DNA of 64,000 nucleotides from Eledone cirrhosa (GCA_964016885.1 OZ024750.1:32116001-32180000), one strand, 5' to 3'. Positions 12,490 to 26,308 are shown, counted from the first letter of the stretch. Program-made: numbers and translations. Notes: generated by a model not told the origin, from the sequence alone.

Positions 12490-12923
12490 AATATACACGG
12501 GTGTGTATGATTGTGTATAGAAGATTATATTAATAAGAGGAATTCCAACTTTGTCTGATTTACTCGTTTTATTTACAATCCTTTAAAATTTATAATGGTA
12601 TTATAATGAAATAGTATGATAGAATATTAAATGTTAAGTGTTAATTGAACAAGTACATTCATGGTTTCGCAATCTTCAGGTTCATAATGTGTGGTGACAG
12701 TCAAGTTTGCAATTTTCAAATTTCCACAGTTGAAAATTGCAAACTTGACTGTCACCACACATTATGAACCTGAAGATTGCGAAAGCATGAATATACTTGT
12801 TCAATTAACACTTAACATTTAATATTCTATCATACTATTTCATTATAATACCATTATAAATTTTAAAGGATTGTAAATAAAACGAGTAAATCAGACAAAG
12901 TTGGAATTCCTCTTATTAATATA
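12490..12923. mobile_element. small fold-back element (arms ~12526-12719 / 12730-12923, left tail ~35 nt) with a minimal or degenerate HHR-like motif
   Basis: near-perfect inverted repeat; CTGAAGA-TTGC-GAAA at 12770-12784 and mirror; (TA)n flanks. Confidence 0.75.
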
Positions 12924-12934
12924 CATATATATAT

Positions 12935-13127
12935 AGGGCGTTGGATTGGCAGTATCGGTAGAGGGTCGAACGTCATGCGTTGACGCATAGAGTTATGGCC
13001 CTTGCCATTCTGAGTTCAAATCCCGCCGAGGTTAACTTTGCCTTTCATCCTTACGTGGTCGATAAAATAAAGTACCAGTAATGTACTGGGTATTTGTTGG
13101 CCTTGTGCCTAAAGTAGAAACAATTAA
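12935..13127 (+). mobile_element. family-A SINE
   Basis: full-length match to the other copies. Confidence 0.88.
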
Positions 13128-13154
13128 TATATATATATGTATGTGCGTGTGTGC

Positions 13155-13206
<52 letters not shown>

Positions 13207-13757
13207 ATGAGTGTATATATATAGATATACATGCGTGTGTGGGGGTGTATCATAAAACTATGGCTGCCTCTTGAAAAGAAGGATGACGTGATATCACCAA
13301 GTATTATACTTATTCACGCTATTAATGAATATATGTAACAAAACAACAACAAAATATATCTGCAAAGCCAATATACTTTGATGTATGCCGCAGACACAGC
13401 CTTAACATTTAGTAAATGTTTAAAACGACAACATGAATGAGAAAAAGTATAAATATATTTTCTTAAAAAGACAACGTGTCGATGTTTTGAGAGAGACACT
13501 TTTGTACATTTTAAGATAGACGCAGTTATATATTATTCAATCATGTTTGCACACGAATTGGCAAAATTTCATTGGAAAATTATCAACTGCAAAGTTTGTA
13601 CTTAATTTTCTGTGAGGGGGCTGTGAGGGGTTCGTAGGTAGCTGTGAGAAGAGATTGGACTAAAACTACTTTTGATTAGATACTACAAATACTGCTCTTA
13701 TCTGAAATAACCGATAGCAAAGTAGGAGTTTGTTCAGTATCGTTAGAATGAAAACAT

Positions 13758-14070
13758 AAACAACAACAACAACAACAACGACGACAACCGGTACACCTCC
13801 ACTACTGTTGCCACCAACAGAACAACAACAACAACAACAATAAAACCAACAATACTGACACCTCCACCACCGTTACCACCAAAAACATGAAAAACAACAA
13901 TAAAACCAACAGCAGCAGCAGCAGCAGCAGCACCTCCACCACTACCATCACCCAAAACAGGAACAACATCGAAGATAACAACAACATCAAAAATAACAAC
14001 ACCAAGAACAACAACATTTCAACCACCACCACGAAAACAACAAAAAAAAACAGCAACAACAACAACAAAA
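13758..14070. repeat. degenerate (CAA/CAG/CAC)n microsatellite
   Basis: direct inspection. Confidence 0.85.
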
Positions 14071-14307
14071 GCCTGATACACTTGATCACATACATAGACA
14101 CCTAAGGCAATTGAACCCCCCCCCCCCCCTCCTCCCCCGTACGCTACAACACCCCACTCAAACAAAAATAAAGAAATTAGACAGAAAAGTTTCAAGCCCA
14201 CACATAACCAGAGTTAGTTACAAGAAAACACTTCAAGTTTCAAAACGTTTTTTCATACACTTTTTTTTAATTTTTTAATGGGTTCTGTTTTGAAGAGACA
14301 ACACCAC

Positions 14308-14327
14308 AGTAGTAGTAGTAGTAGTAT

Positions 14328-14375
<48 letters not shown>

Positions 14376-14715
14376 TGGTAGTTGTAGTTGTAGTGGTAGT
14401 GATAGTAGTGGTAGTGGTAGTGGTAGTAGTAGTGGCAGTGGTAGTGGTAGTAGTAGTGGTGGTAGTAGTAGTAGCAGTAGTGGTAGTGATAGTGGTAGTA
14501 GTGGTAGTCGTAGTAGTGGTAGTGATAGTAGTGGTAGCGATAGTAGTAGCAGTAGTGTCGGTAGCAGTAGTATTCGTGGTGATGGTGTTGGTGGTATTAG
14601 TAGTGCTAGTAGTAGTGGTGATGTCAGTGGTCGTGGCAACAGTAGTATATAGTAGTGATGCTGGTGGTAGTAGTAATAGTAATTGTGGTGGTTATGGTGT
14701 TGGGTGGCGTTGGTG
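14308..14715. repeat. (TAG/TGG)n microsatellite
   Basis: direct inspection. Confidence 0.9.
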
Positions 14716-14840
14716 GTTAATTAAAAACTTGTCTACCTTGTTAAGCAGATCTTCGATCACTCCATCCTTGACCATCCAAGCTTTCCTTCTGGCATTATTC
14801 AACGTGTTCTTCTTTTACACACAGAAACACACACACATGT

Positions 14841-15040
14841 CGATTGGCAGTATTGGTAGAGCGTCAGACACCATGCTTTGCAGCATAGAGTTATAGCCTT
14901 TACGTACTGAGTTCGAACCACGTCTTTCATCATTACGGGATCGATAAAATAAAGCACCAATAATGCACTGGGGTCGATTTAATGGACGTTCCCCTCCCCC
15001 AACAATTGTTGGCCTTATGCCTGAAATAGAAACCATTATT
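14841..15040 (+). mobile_element. family-A SINE, longer 3' variant
   Basis: GGCAGTATTGGTAGAG..GAGTTCGAA..GATAAAATAAAG..GGGGTCGATTTAAT..TAGAAACCATTATT. Confidence 0.75.
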
Positions 15041-15229
15041 CAACGTGTTCTGTTTCGGATATTGCCGGAGAAGATCATGACAATCCCAAAGATATGTATT
15101 GCATAAATTGGAATTAGTTTCAACTTTGAATCTCAGCAGTACATTGAATCATTCAACTAATGCTGTGATTCACTTGAAATATGTTTACAGTTGATCCAAG
15201 TAAATAGAAGATAAATTATTATTAGCTTT

Positions 15230-15445
15230 CGTCTGGAGCTGGAGGCTGATTAGGCTGGTGCTTCTTCCGGTTTCCGTGGAATGAGATGATTGAGAGCACA
15301 AGACTCCCCCACCAGTCCGTCGCAGGCTTAAAGTCTGTCTCGAGCCCGGAGGCTCATTAGGTTGGTGCTTCTTCCGGTTTTCGCGGCATGAAGCGAGTGA
15401 GACCACAATACTCCCCAGTGCGGACAGTCCTCAATCACGCTTTCC
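15230..15445 (-). mobile_element. SINE 3' fragments (duplicated), related to 58560-58690
   Basis: TAGG(C/T)TGGTGCTTCTTCCGGTTT occurs twice; CAGTCCGTCGCAGG is the reverse complement of a CCTGCGAYGGACTG segment. Confidence 0.5.
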
Positions 15446-15565
15446 AGTGTGTCGTGTGGGCTCCTGCAGCAGACTAATGACACGCAATTCTGTCCAGTAA
15501 AGCGAATGAATGGGCGTCCCGGCATCGATCTACTCGGATTGGTGACTATGCCGTTCCTCCACCGA

Positions 15566-15654
<89 letters not shown>

Positions 15655-15762
15655 CTCTCTCTCTCTTTCTGTTATATATATATATATAAGTGCGTATATA
15701 TATTCTGATATGTATTGAGTACCTTACTGTGGTTACCCCTGATTGAACCAGGAATACACACA

Positions 15763-15818
<56 letters not shown>

Positions 15819-15887
15819 CAAGGTTTAGCAAATAAGAAAAAGTTTCAAAATAAATTTCAAAAAATTCACTGTACTAAATATGGTTAT

Positions 15888-15970
15888 CTTTACCCAATCG
15901 GTTTCGAGTCTCAAAAATAAATGGATAGTCCTTGCGGGTTTCCATTGAAAAGATAAACTCTCGTCAGAAG
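15888..15970 (-). ncRNA. candidate type I hammerhead (GUA), short stem I
   Basis: reverse complement: CTT-CTGACGA-GAGTT..GACTC-GAAA-CCGATTGG-GTA-AAG. Confidence 0.5.
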
Positions 15971-16378
15971 GTTCTTTTCACTCGGAGAATATAAAATTCC
16001 CGAGTTCAAATTACGAACTGGCGCTATTCAAAATTGTTCCCGAGATGAGAATGAATGATGTGGAAGCAATTCTGTCCAGTGCCGTGTGCAAAGATAGAAG
16101 GCAGTGGCAGGGAGGTCAATCTACTACCACTATAAATAGCAGCAGTCAACCGACCAAATTTCATCTCGACCAGGGGGAGATTAATAATAACAAAGTATAT
16201 ATTCCTACACGCAAAAAACGAATAGGGATGTATTATCCAACCATATGGCAATGTGGTTTCATGGCAGGTTAATAAATTAACGAGCCAGAACATATATAAC
16301 CAAGGTTTAGCAAATGAGAAAAAGTTTCAAAATAAATTTCAAAAATGTATGCTGTGTATGTGTATATGCATGTATATG

Positions 16379-16460
<82 letters not shown>

Positions 16461-16602
16461 CATATACATGCATATATACATACACAACGCATACATACAC
16501 ACACACATATATATAGAAACACACACCTATGTATACATATACATACACACATATATATATACACACACACACATTTTCTCCCATATCTTTTTCTATATTT
16601 GT

Positions 16603-16925
16603 TTAGTTGTATTTATAATATTTTAATGTCTTTCTAATTGTATGGTTACATGCTATAATGAATTCTTGTCTTTTATTTAATAGAATGTTTTTCGATTTAG
16701 TAATTTCAAAAATTTCCTGGTAACATAGTCCACACTCCCTTCTATTGGCCTGATAAGAAATGGCTTTCTTTAGAATCTTCCAAGTTAGTTTATAATTAAT
16801 ATTCTTCCTTTTACAATTATTAACTGATCTGCTAAAGAAGAGGTAGTAGCTAATATCGTGTTTCGAAAACTGTGGGTGAGTGCATAAAATCTAGATTTAA
16901 ACGGATTAGAAGGGGATCCAATATA
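16603..16925 (-). pseudogene. frameshifted PLE GIY-YIG endonuclease relic (PLE1 family), absent from the ORF track
   Basis: manual translation YIGSPSNPFKSRFY..SFRN..LA / [51 protein letters not shown] is colinear with the PLE1 C-terminus. Confidence 0.85.
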
Positions 16926-16974
16926 GGATTGATTAGAGTCCTAGCTATATTCCAAATAATAGTGCTAGTATTTG

Positions 16975-17188
16975 TATTTAGAAACGATCGTAAAATAATA
17001 AGTTTTACTATGAATTAACCGTTTTATGTTTAATTTCATTGTTTTCACTATTTGCATTTTTGACTCTGTATCCAATGAATTATATCGTTGAAATTTTGTA
17101 TTTTAAATTTTGCTTCACGACAAATTCTACATACGGATTACATTGAGTTCTTCATTCGGCTTAGACCCTACCATTAATTGGTGGATAT
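16975..17188 (+). mobile_element. PLE1-family 3' end (HHR 3' half + conserved tail)
   Basis: GAAACGATCGTAAAATAAT; GACTCTGTATCC...GGATTACATTGAGTTC...CTACCATTAATTGGTGG then (TA)n. Confidence 0.8.
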
Positions 17189-17998
17189 ATATGTATATAT
17201 ATATATATATATACAGTATTTTCCGTAGTGTTGTAATATAAATATTACACACAGTAGATGGACAGCTCACGTAGAGTTTGCTCGACGGTTCCAGTTGTAG
17301 TTCCAAAAGTAATCCGGAGAAAAATAGAAGGATTTTAATGGATACAGTTGAGTTAAAAGGAATTTATTGACACGTGTTTCTATAACGGTTACATAACCTG
17401 AAAACAGCTGCTATCTACAAAGTATTAGTTATGCAGACATTCAATATTTCAATGTTATTATCAACTGTCATTTCATAGGAATCATTTTACTGAGGACCTG
17501 TTTGGTTTTTATAGAGAATATTAGGAGGGAGGGGTGAAGTTGTTAGAAGAATAGTTGAGGGAGTGGTTTTTTGATAGAAGTGAGAATTGTTGGTGGCAGT
17601 GAGTAATTAGATTCCCATCTGTTGTTTTGACCAATATATTATTGGTTATTTTTCTAAATCTATAGAAGGATTAGAGATAGTATAGATATGCGTGGTTGGT
17701 TTTGTGTTTGCACTTAATTAACATTCAGACTTAAATTTTTCTTTCAAGTGTCCGTATCCTTTCGCCCACACATTCACACACAAACATATATGCACACCTC
17801 TACAAAATACATATACTCACATACACATACTTACATGCTCATACTTACATACATATACACATGCATACATATATACACATATATACATGTACATACATAC
17901 GCGTTCATGTGTATACATTTTCATACTCAACTTATCTTTATATACACACGTATAGACACACACATATATACACACATACTCCAGTCTATGTGTATATA

Positions 17999-18090
<92 letters not shown>

Positions 18091-18508
18091 TATATAAACA
18101 CTTTAATACATGAATGCACTTACATCTAACTATACACATCAAACATATATATATATTTACTTATTTATATACATTTTCACATATATATACATACTTATGG
18201 TTGCTTTTAGACACATTCATTATAGCATATTTGCACCTATTCTCATCAGCATATCTTTCCATTATTAGTGTGGTAATTTAAGGTTATTAATATACATATA
18301 TATGTTGAGAAGAGATTGTTTTTATATTTTTCTAACTAGATTGAGGTTTATATAGTTGTGGGGATGTCTCTCTTTTATGTAATATTCAGCCTTGTAGTGG
18401 GAAAAAAGGGTTTTAGTTCGGTGACGGCAGAATAATGTTCGTTCAATTCTGTTATTCAGCAATTTCCTCTTGTGTGTGATTATGTAATAGATCTCAAGAT
18501 TAAACAAT

Positions 18509-18994
18509 TTGCAGAAATTTTGGCCCGCAATACTACTCCAGAGAAAACCCAACGTACACAACTGTAACTGCACCTATGCTGACAACTTCCCCCTCGGCAA
18601 TAACTGCCTGGAAAAAAATATTATTTATAAGTGTACCATTAAATCCGGAGGCAACGAGTGGTATTACGTGGGATCAACGGCAACATCGTTTAAATCTCGA
18701 TTATATAGGCATTCTTACTCAATAAAACACCAGAGCCAAAGAAATGTAACAACTTTAGCAGAAAAAGCTTGGACGCTCAGGGATAGCGATCAAAAGTTTA
18801 CCCTAAAATGGGAGAAATTAGCTAAAACCCAAAGCTTTTCCAGGAGCCAAAATTTCTGCAAATTGTGTAATCTTGAGATCTATTACATAATCACACACAA
18901 GAGGAAATTGCTGAATAACAGAATTGAACGAACATTATTCTGCCGTCACCGAACTAAAACCCTTTTTTCCCAATACAAGCTGAATATTACATAA
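18509..18994 (+). pseudogene. 5'-truncated PLE GIY-YIG endonuclease domain
   Basis: CNC..PLGNNCL, IIY..YVGST..FKSRLY.H, CKLCNLE..LN, CRH. Confidence 0.9.
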
Positions 18995-19273
18995 AAGAGG
19001 GCATCCCCCCAACTATATAAACCTCAATCTAGTTAGAAAAATATAAAAACAATCTCTTCTCAACATATATATGTATATTAATAACCTTAAATTACCACAC
19101 TAATAATGGAAAGATATGCTGATGAGAATAGGTGCAAATATGCTATAATGAATGTGTCTAAAAGCGACCATAAGTATGTATATATATGTGAAAATGTATA
19201 TAAATAAGTAAATATATATATATGTTTGATGTGTATAGTTAGATGTAAGTGCATTCATGTATTAAAGTGTATA

Positions 19274-19379
<106 letters not shown>

Positions 19380-19893
19380 TATATACACATAGACTGGAGT
19401 ATGTGTGTATATATGTGTGTGTCTATACGTGCGTATATAAAGATAAGTTGAGTATGAAAATGTATACACATGAACGCGTATGTATGTACATGTATATATG
19501 TGTATATATATATGTATGCATGTGTTTGTATGTAAGTATGAGCATGTAAGTATGTGTATGTGAGTATATGTATTTTGTAGAGGTGTGCATATATGTTTGT
19601 GTGTGAATGCGTGGGCGAAAGGATACGGACACTTGAAAGAAAAATTTAAGTCTGAATGTTAATTAAGTGCAAACACAAAACCAACCACGCATATCTATAC
19701 TATCTCTAATCCTTCTATAGATTTAGAAAAATAACCAATAATATATTGGTCAAAACAACAGATGGGAATCTAATTACTCACAGCCACCAAAAATTCTCAC
19801 TGCTATCAAAAAACCACTCCCTCAATTATTCTTCTAACAACTTCACCCCTCCCTCCTAATATTCTCTATAAAAACCAAACAGGTTCTCAGTAA

Positions 19894-20019
19894 AATTATT
19901 CCTATGAAATGACAGTTGATAATAACATTGAAATATTGAATGTCTGCATAACTAATACTTTGTAGATAGCAGCTGTTTTCAGGTTATGTAACTGTTATAG
20001 AAACACGTGTCAATAAATT
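19894..20019 (+). ncRNA. hammerhead-like fold with variant core CCUAUGA, GUC site (mirror at ~17361-17486, minus)
   Basis: AATTATT-CCTATGA-ATGACAGTTG..TAACTGTTAT-GAAA-CACGT-GTC-AATAAATT. Confidence 0.55.
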
Positions 20020-20050
20020 CCTTTTAACTAAACTGTATCCATTAAAATCC

Positions 20051-20143
<93 letters not shown>

Positions 20144-20160
20144 TATATATATATATATAT

Positions 20161-20356
20161 AAGTTAAGACAATGAAATAAAAAATCAAGTCATTAGAGAT
20201 GTATATCTAACTTCATTTTTTATTTCATTGATTTAACTGTTTTCCTTTTAATGTTTTATTGTTTTCCGGGATTTATCTTAACCTACAACATTTTCAACAT
20301 ATGGATTACATTGAGTTGTTCCTGCAGAATAGACCCCACAACTTACCGTGGATATC
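20161..20356 (+). mobile_element. miniature PLE1-type fold-back (arms ~25 bp) plus conserved tail
   Basis: AGTTAAGACAATGAAATAAAAAAT / ATTTTTTATTTCATTGATTTAACT, then GGATTACATTGAGTT..CCAC..GTGGATAT. Confidence 0.65.
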
Positions 20357-20374
20357 TCTGTGTGTTTGTGTGTG

Positions 20375-20428
<54 letters not shown>

Positions 20429-20600
20429 GAGAGAATTAGTAAATTTGTATTCCAATGTTACTAAGTAGTTGCATTGTACACCTTCGGTTTATGATAATAT
20501 TTTTATATTATCCAAATAGCGGGGTATAGGTAACCCATACACTATAGAAACAATTGTTACCTAATAAATTCTTTATACCCGCATTTCCGTTTCATAAACT

Positions 20601-20692
<92 letters not shown>

Positions 20693-20779
20693 TTGTATAT
20701 ATATATATATATTTATAAATATGTGTATATATATATATATTTATATATATGTGTATATATATATATTTATATATATGTG

Positions 20780-20810
<31 letters not shown>

Positions 20811-20813
20811 GTG

Positions 20814-20919
<106 letters not shown>

Positions 20920-21260
20920 TATCATTAGAGAGATTGCCCAGTACTCCTCGCGACGTTGCTGTCTTTTGCTCTGGTGTTGGCTCAGTCGTTCACACCTTCC
21001 TTAATATTGTAACATTAAAAGAATATATCTGTAAACGTTTTAAACTGAATACGAAATTATATATATATATTCATATATATTATATTATTTAACTATGTTC
21101 ATACATTTGTGTGTATGTTTGTGTGTGCCTATAAGACGAAATAACGTAACTTAAGCCAATATCCTTAAATACATGGTTTCCATTTTTATTTATCAATAAA
21201 TGTCTGTCCAGTTATCGTTTACAATGCTATAGTTATTGTATCTGTTTCACTTTCAATTAG

Positions 21261-21415
21261 GTGAACGTCCATTCGTTTGTCGTCGGAATGATTGTAACAA
21301 GACATTTGCCAGGAATGAAGAATTGACACGTCACCTTCGTATTCACACTGGTTATCGCCCTTATATCTGCCGTCACTGTCAGCGGAGATTTGGTCGGAAG
21401 GATCATTTACGCAAG
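21261..21415 (+). CDS. hkb: internal exon of a Huckebein-like C2H2 zinc-finger transcription factor
   Basis: acceptor TTTCAATTAG|, donor AAG|GTAAC; encodes (G)ERPFVCRRNDCNKTFARNEELTRHLRIHTGYRPYICRHCQRRFGRKDHLRK. RNEELTRH / GRxDHL match hkb-type fingers from memory. Confidence 0.8.
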
Positions 21416-21445
21416 GTAACTGCATCACACACACATACACACACA

Positions 21446-21565
<120 letters not shown>

Positions 21566-21684
21566 CGTGGTTTGCTTGAAGCATCGTGTATGTTACAGAC
21601 AAATGTGAAGTTTGAAGGCCACGTCAAAGAAATCTCTTCTTCGGAGGTATGAAACAAAGGACATGTCCGGAATGTAAGTATATA

Positions 21685-21751
<67 letters not shown>

Positions 21752-21752
<1 letters not shown>

Positions 21753-21955
21753 GGAAAAAGTATGACCCTGGCAGCAGGGCTCAAGCCGTTTCGACTATTT
21801 CTGGACGGCTATTTCTTGTCCAGAAATAGCCGTCGAAACGGCTTGGGCTCTGCCGTCGGGGTCATAATTTTTACTATTTCCCAGTCTACTACCCTAAGTA
21901 TTGAGTAATCTGGTGTGGTAGGGTCCATCTGGTTTCTTACCACAATTCCTTTGTT
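21752..21955 (+). mobile_element. short fold-back element (arms 21752-21874) + one-sided tail, in (TA)n; same family as 59050-59250
   Basis: GGCTCAAGCCGTTTCGAC..GTCGAAACGGCTTGGGC hairpin; the tail matches the reverse complement of 59050-59130. Confidence 0.75.
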
Positions 21956-23096
21956 ATATATATATATACACTTACATACATGTATACATATACAAAATCT
22001 GCCAACAAAATAGTATACTCACATCAGGCAAAGATATATAAACGTATATTCAATTATTCAACAGAAAATTTCTTATATACACCTATCCCAACATGGAAAT
22101 TCAACTTGTATATGTCTGTGTAAGGAATATACATACCTAGATATATTTAAACATCTTAATCATTCATGCAACTGTTTTCTTTTCCTGAAATGTGTAAAAA
22201 TGTTTTCTTTTCTGTTCTTTTCTTTTGCGGACTCTGAATATTAGTGAAGTAGAAGATCGCCCGCAAGCTCAGTCGTTGTTTAGTAATAAGTAGCTATAAG
22301 CTTGTATCAAATATGTTCGAAATCACAGTTATGTTATTTTATTTTTGATTAGGTTATTCTATTTTCTTTTATTTTTTTTGTTATGTGCGTAGAATTTTGT
22401 AAAAGTGTATAATGATTTTTTTTAAAACTCATTTGTATAAAAATTTAATATAATGCTTTTTTTTTAAAAATAAAATGCAACCCATATTAATTATTTATTT
22501 ACTATAGTTTATAACTTTGCCTATTAATCCGTATGGTGAGCAAATGGGGTCCCACTATACACATGAATGTCGTAGAGTAAATGAAAGTCGTGGGTTGCGA
22601 GCAGTGCCGGATTTGGGATAAATGAGGCCCTCTGCTAGTTAAATTCTGAGAGCCCTTAATTGGGTTCTGAAGGAGGCAAAATACCTTTTTGGCAGGAAGA
22701 TGCCACCCTGTCCCACGGGTCCCTGTGCTGAAACACACCTAAGCCCACTGGTAAATCTTGCACTGGTTGTCAGGAAGGTTTTACGATTTAAAGGTCTGCT
22801 TAATTTGGAAGTTATAAAACATTAACAGACATTCGGTTTAAGACGAACAATGTTCTTTTTTAAATTGAATTATAATGACACATTAATATGTGATATAATA
22901 CTGTGATTGCTGAGTTGTATAAATGTCGGCTTAAAACAGTTTTGATTACTCAGCTAAAGTTGTCATTTCGTGTAACAAATTTTTAAAATAGTCTTTTTTA
23001 AAATTAAATTATACTGACATGAATATCTGACAAAATACTGTGATTGCTTGGTTGTATAGCTGTTGACGAGTATAATCTTGTTTTGATTCTTTTCAG

Positions 23097-23282
23097 CATG
23101 AAATTACCCACCAGAGTGCACGGGATAAAAAGGTTTATGTTTGTCTTGTGGACGGTTGCACACAAAGTTACACTCGATCAGACGCTTTGGCAAGGCATCG
23201 TTGGAATATTCACTTAATTAGCCCACAAATAAATAATGTTCGTGTCGGAACCATAAATACACAGGGCGAGAAAATTAGCTAA
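23097..23282 (+). CDS. hkb: terminal coding exon of the Huckebein-like zinc-finger gene
   Basis: acceptor TTCTTTTCAG|, phase 0, matching the previous exon; HEITH completes the finger, then VYVCLVDGCTQSYTRSDALARHRWNIH...KIS*. Confidence 0.85.
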   Translation, partial: HEITHQSARDKKVYVCLVDGCTQSYTRSDALARHRWNIHLISPQINNVRVGTINTQGEKIS

Positions 23283-25535
23283 AAACAAAATTTATATAGA
23301 ATTTCTCTCAAATAAAAATAATTTATATGGAAGATTTGTTTCAGACGAAAGTAAATTTTTGTTATCTTGACATGTAGACAATAACAGCCATAGAACACAC
23401 TGACCGAAGAAAATAGTGTAGGCAGTGGAAGTACCAAAGAACATAATAGTGCTAAACTATAACGTATTATAATGTCGAAACAATACATTATAATACTTAT
23501 ACAGTAATTTGGTTACTAAACACTCCAAATTCGCTTGAAAGCGGTCTTAACCTTTATCTAAATAATATTTCAAGAAAATAATTACTGTATATGATCTTGT
23601 CCAGCATAATTGTTAAAGTAAGAAGTAAATTGTAGGAATAGGAAGGATAAACATGTTAGTAAAAAATAAATAAATAGTACTCTTATAAATATATCATTGT
23701 GATGAGAATTCTTTCATCATAAACATGAAATCATAAATGTCGCATGAAAAAGAAAAATGATTGTCTTGTTCTGGATAACTATGATTATTGAATATAGATC
23801 TTCAATATTGTTTTCTTAGTGCAAGTGATAGAAAGTTCGACAGTACACATAGCAACATGTAGAGCCACACCGAGACTTGTGGTGGTAGGAAGCGGTGTTA
23901 CAATTACGTGCAGACGACATCTTAGTTTTACAGTTGTTTCACGTCTTATTGTAGACAAAAAGAAGATTTATCTCACAATCAAACGGATTAAGAATTATTT
24001 CTGAATTGTTTACAAAAACATATAACCATTTTAAATCCATCATTACGAGGTGTGTCTTTAGACAATCAAAACACAAAAAAAGGAAACAATAGTACTATGA
24101 CTAGCCATTTTAACTTTTATATTAAATATCTAAACATTATTTTCACTACCAATTATAGAAAAGGAATATGTTCACAACTAAGTACGTTTATGAAATTTAA
24201 CTAAATTGATGTACATTAAAAGGATATATGGTGTCAGATTCTGTCCTAATTTAATATTTATTCACAAACCTCGTGCCGTTTGGTTATCATTATTCAACCA
24301 ATAAGATCGGAAGACATCTACCTTTTACTGAAATTTAGGAAATAAAATGGAAAAATCCTGTAAAATGCATTCCTGTTGTTACCCATGTGTATATATATAT
24401 TTTTAAATTTAACTACATGGAGAATAAACACGACTAATAAGATAAAGAAGACCTATAGGGATTCCGTACATTGACCGTCTACTCCATTATGTCGGGGGAG
24501 GTTACAGTCAAAAAATTTGGCGCTAGCATATCGCTGATATTTATTCTATGTTCTCCAGAATGATAAAATACAGTCAACTATGGCATAAAACTTAAAATGT
24601 GAAAGGATGTAAGTAAATACAATAAGATATTTCCTGCACCTCGTTACCGTTCTTGCCTCTAATATGCTTATTCATGTTTCTCTATATTTGTGGGGGAAAT
24701 ACAAGACTTGCAGATGAGTTTAATTGCAAATCATGGAAAATGCCCAGAGCCAAGTGATAGTCAACGAAGGAAACGGAAATTCCCAATTTCCAGAAGCTGG
24801 TTATTTCCCTCACATTATTGATTTAGTTTATTGGCTTGGATGGTATTATTGACACGGATAAGAGAACTTAGATGAAAGGAAATGCTGCAGTGCAGTGATC
24901 AATACAATATATTTCAATCCATGTAATATACATATATAAATAGACGTAATACGTTACATATATTACATCTAATTTATTAGACACTGCCTTATTTTAGATT
25001 TAATATTAATCGAATTGAAACTATTTCAGAAAATATTGCATCTAAAACGAGGATGGTAAAAGGAAGTTCATATTTTAAAGGATTAGTATATATTACATAA
25101 ATATGATATTCCTCATAAATAAAATACAAATGGTTTCAATTATTTGAAAACATTTTATCCGTATCCATGTATCCGTAAACGGGTCAGGTGCTTAAACATG
25201 CAGGTTCCTCTCTCAATCGAAATTACGTTTTTTCATGTTTTTACGGTTATTTGAATATCAATTAACCTAATTTCGGATTATTCGCACAGAATTTCAAGGA
25301 CTAGTGAATACTTAATTAGCTATACTCTGTAACCTGAATTCGAAAATAATACTGGAGCTAACATCGGATTTGCTTTTTGTTTTTTTTTACAAAGTTTGAA
25401 AGTGAATTTTGAATTGCTGATAAATATATAAAAACGTTTGATGAAAGAGGTGTTATCTACAGTGGTGCGAATTTCGTATAATTTTATGAAAATTACCGCT
25501 TGTCACACGGTCAGCTACTTTGATATTTGCTGAAT

Positions 25536-25973
25536 ATTGGCAGTATCGGTAGATGGTCGGAGCCCATGCTTTGCAGCATAGAGTTACGGCCCTTTATGAT
25601 CTGAGTTCAAATCCCGCCGAGGTTGATTTTGCCTTTCATCATTACGGAGTCGATAAAATAAAGTACCAGTAACGCACTTGAATCGATTTAATCGACTTTG
25701 CCCTCCCCCAAAATTGCTGGCCTTGTGCCTTTATAAGAAACCATTATTAGATATTCTGGTGGTGGATTGGCAGAACCGTTAGAGCGTCGAATACTATGCT
25801 TTACGACACAGAGTTATAGCCGTTTATGTTATCAGTTCAAACCCTACCGTGGTTAGCTTTGCCTTTCAGCCTTACCGGATAGATAAAGTACCCATAATGC
25901 TCTGGGGTAGATTTAATCAACTCCCCCTTCCCTTTAAAATGGTGGGCTTGTGCCTAAAGTAGAAACAATTATT
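25536..25973 (+). mobile_element. two tandem family-A SINEs (25536-25749, 25759-25973)
   Basis: A/B boxes, central domain and AGAAAC(A/C)ATTATT ends. Confidence 0.85.
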
Positions 25974-26163
25974 AAATAGATTTAAAATATTTGTTACACA
26001 CACATATGATTGGCATGTCGACTTCATTCAATGTACTATTTCATTCCTATTCAGCATTTATAAGAGTCGGGTGAGTTCCTGTCACTATTCGAAGAGAAAA
26101 TTAACATTGGAAATGTTGAGTGCTCCAACCTGCATACTGAGTTGTCGGTAAACAACCAACACT

Positions 26164-26234
<71 letters not shown>

Positions 26235-26257
26235 TTATATATATATATATATACACA

Positions 26258-26308
<51 letters not shown>

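Noticed and set aside
13743-14896. Poly-Ser/Val/Asn/Leu ORFs
   Set aside because: Trinucleotide microsatellites with no splice or domain support.
16040-16130. VCKDRRQW, RTE-like 3' end
   Set aside because: Too short to support; at most a LINE/SINE tail fragment.
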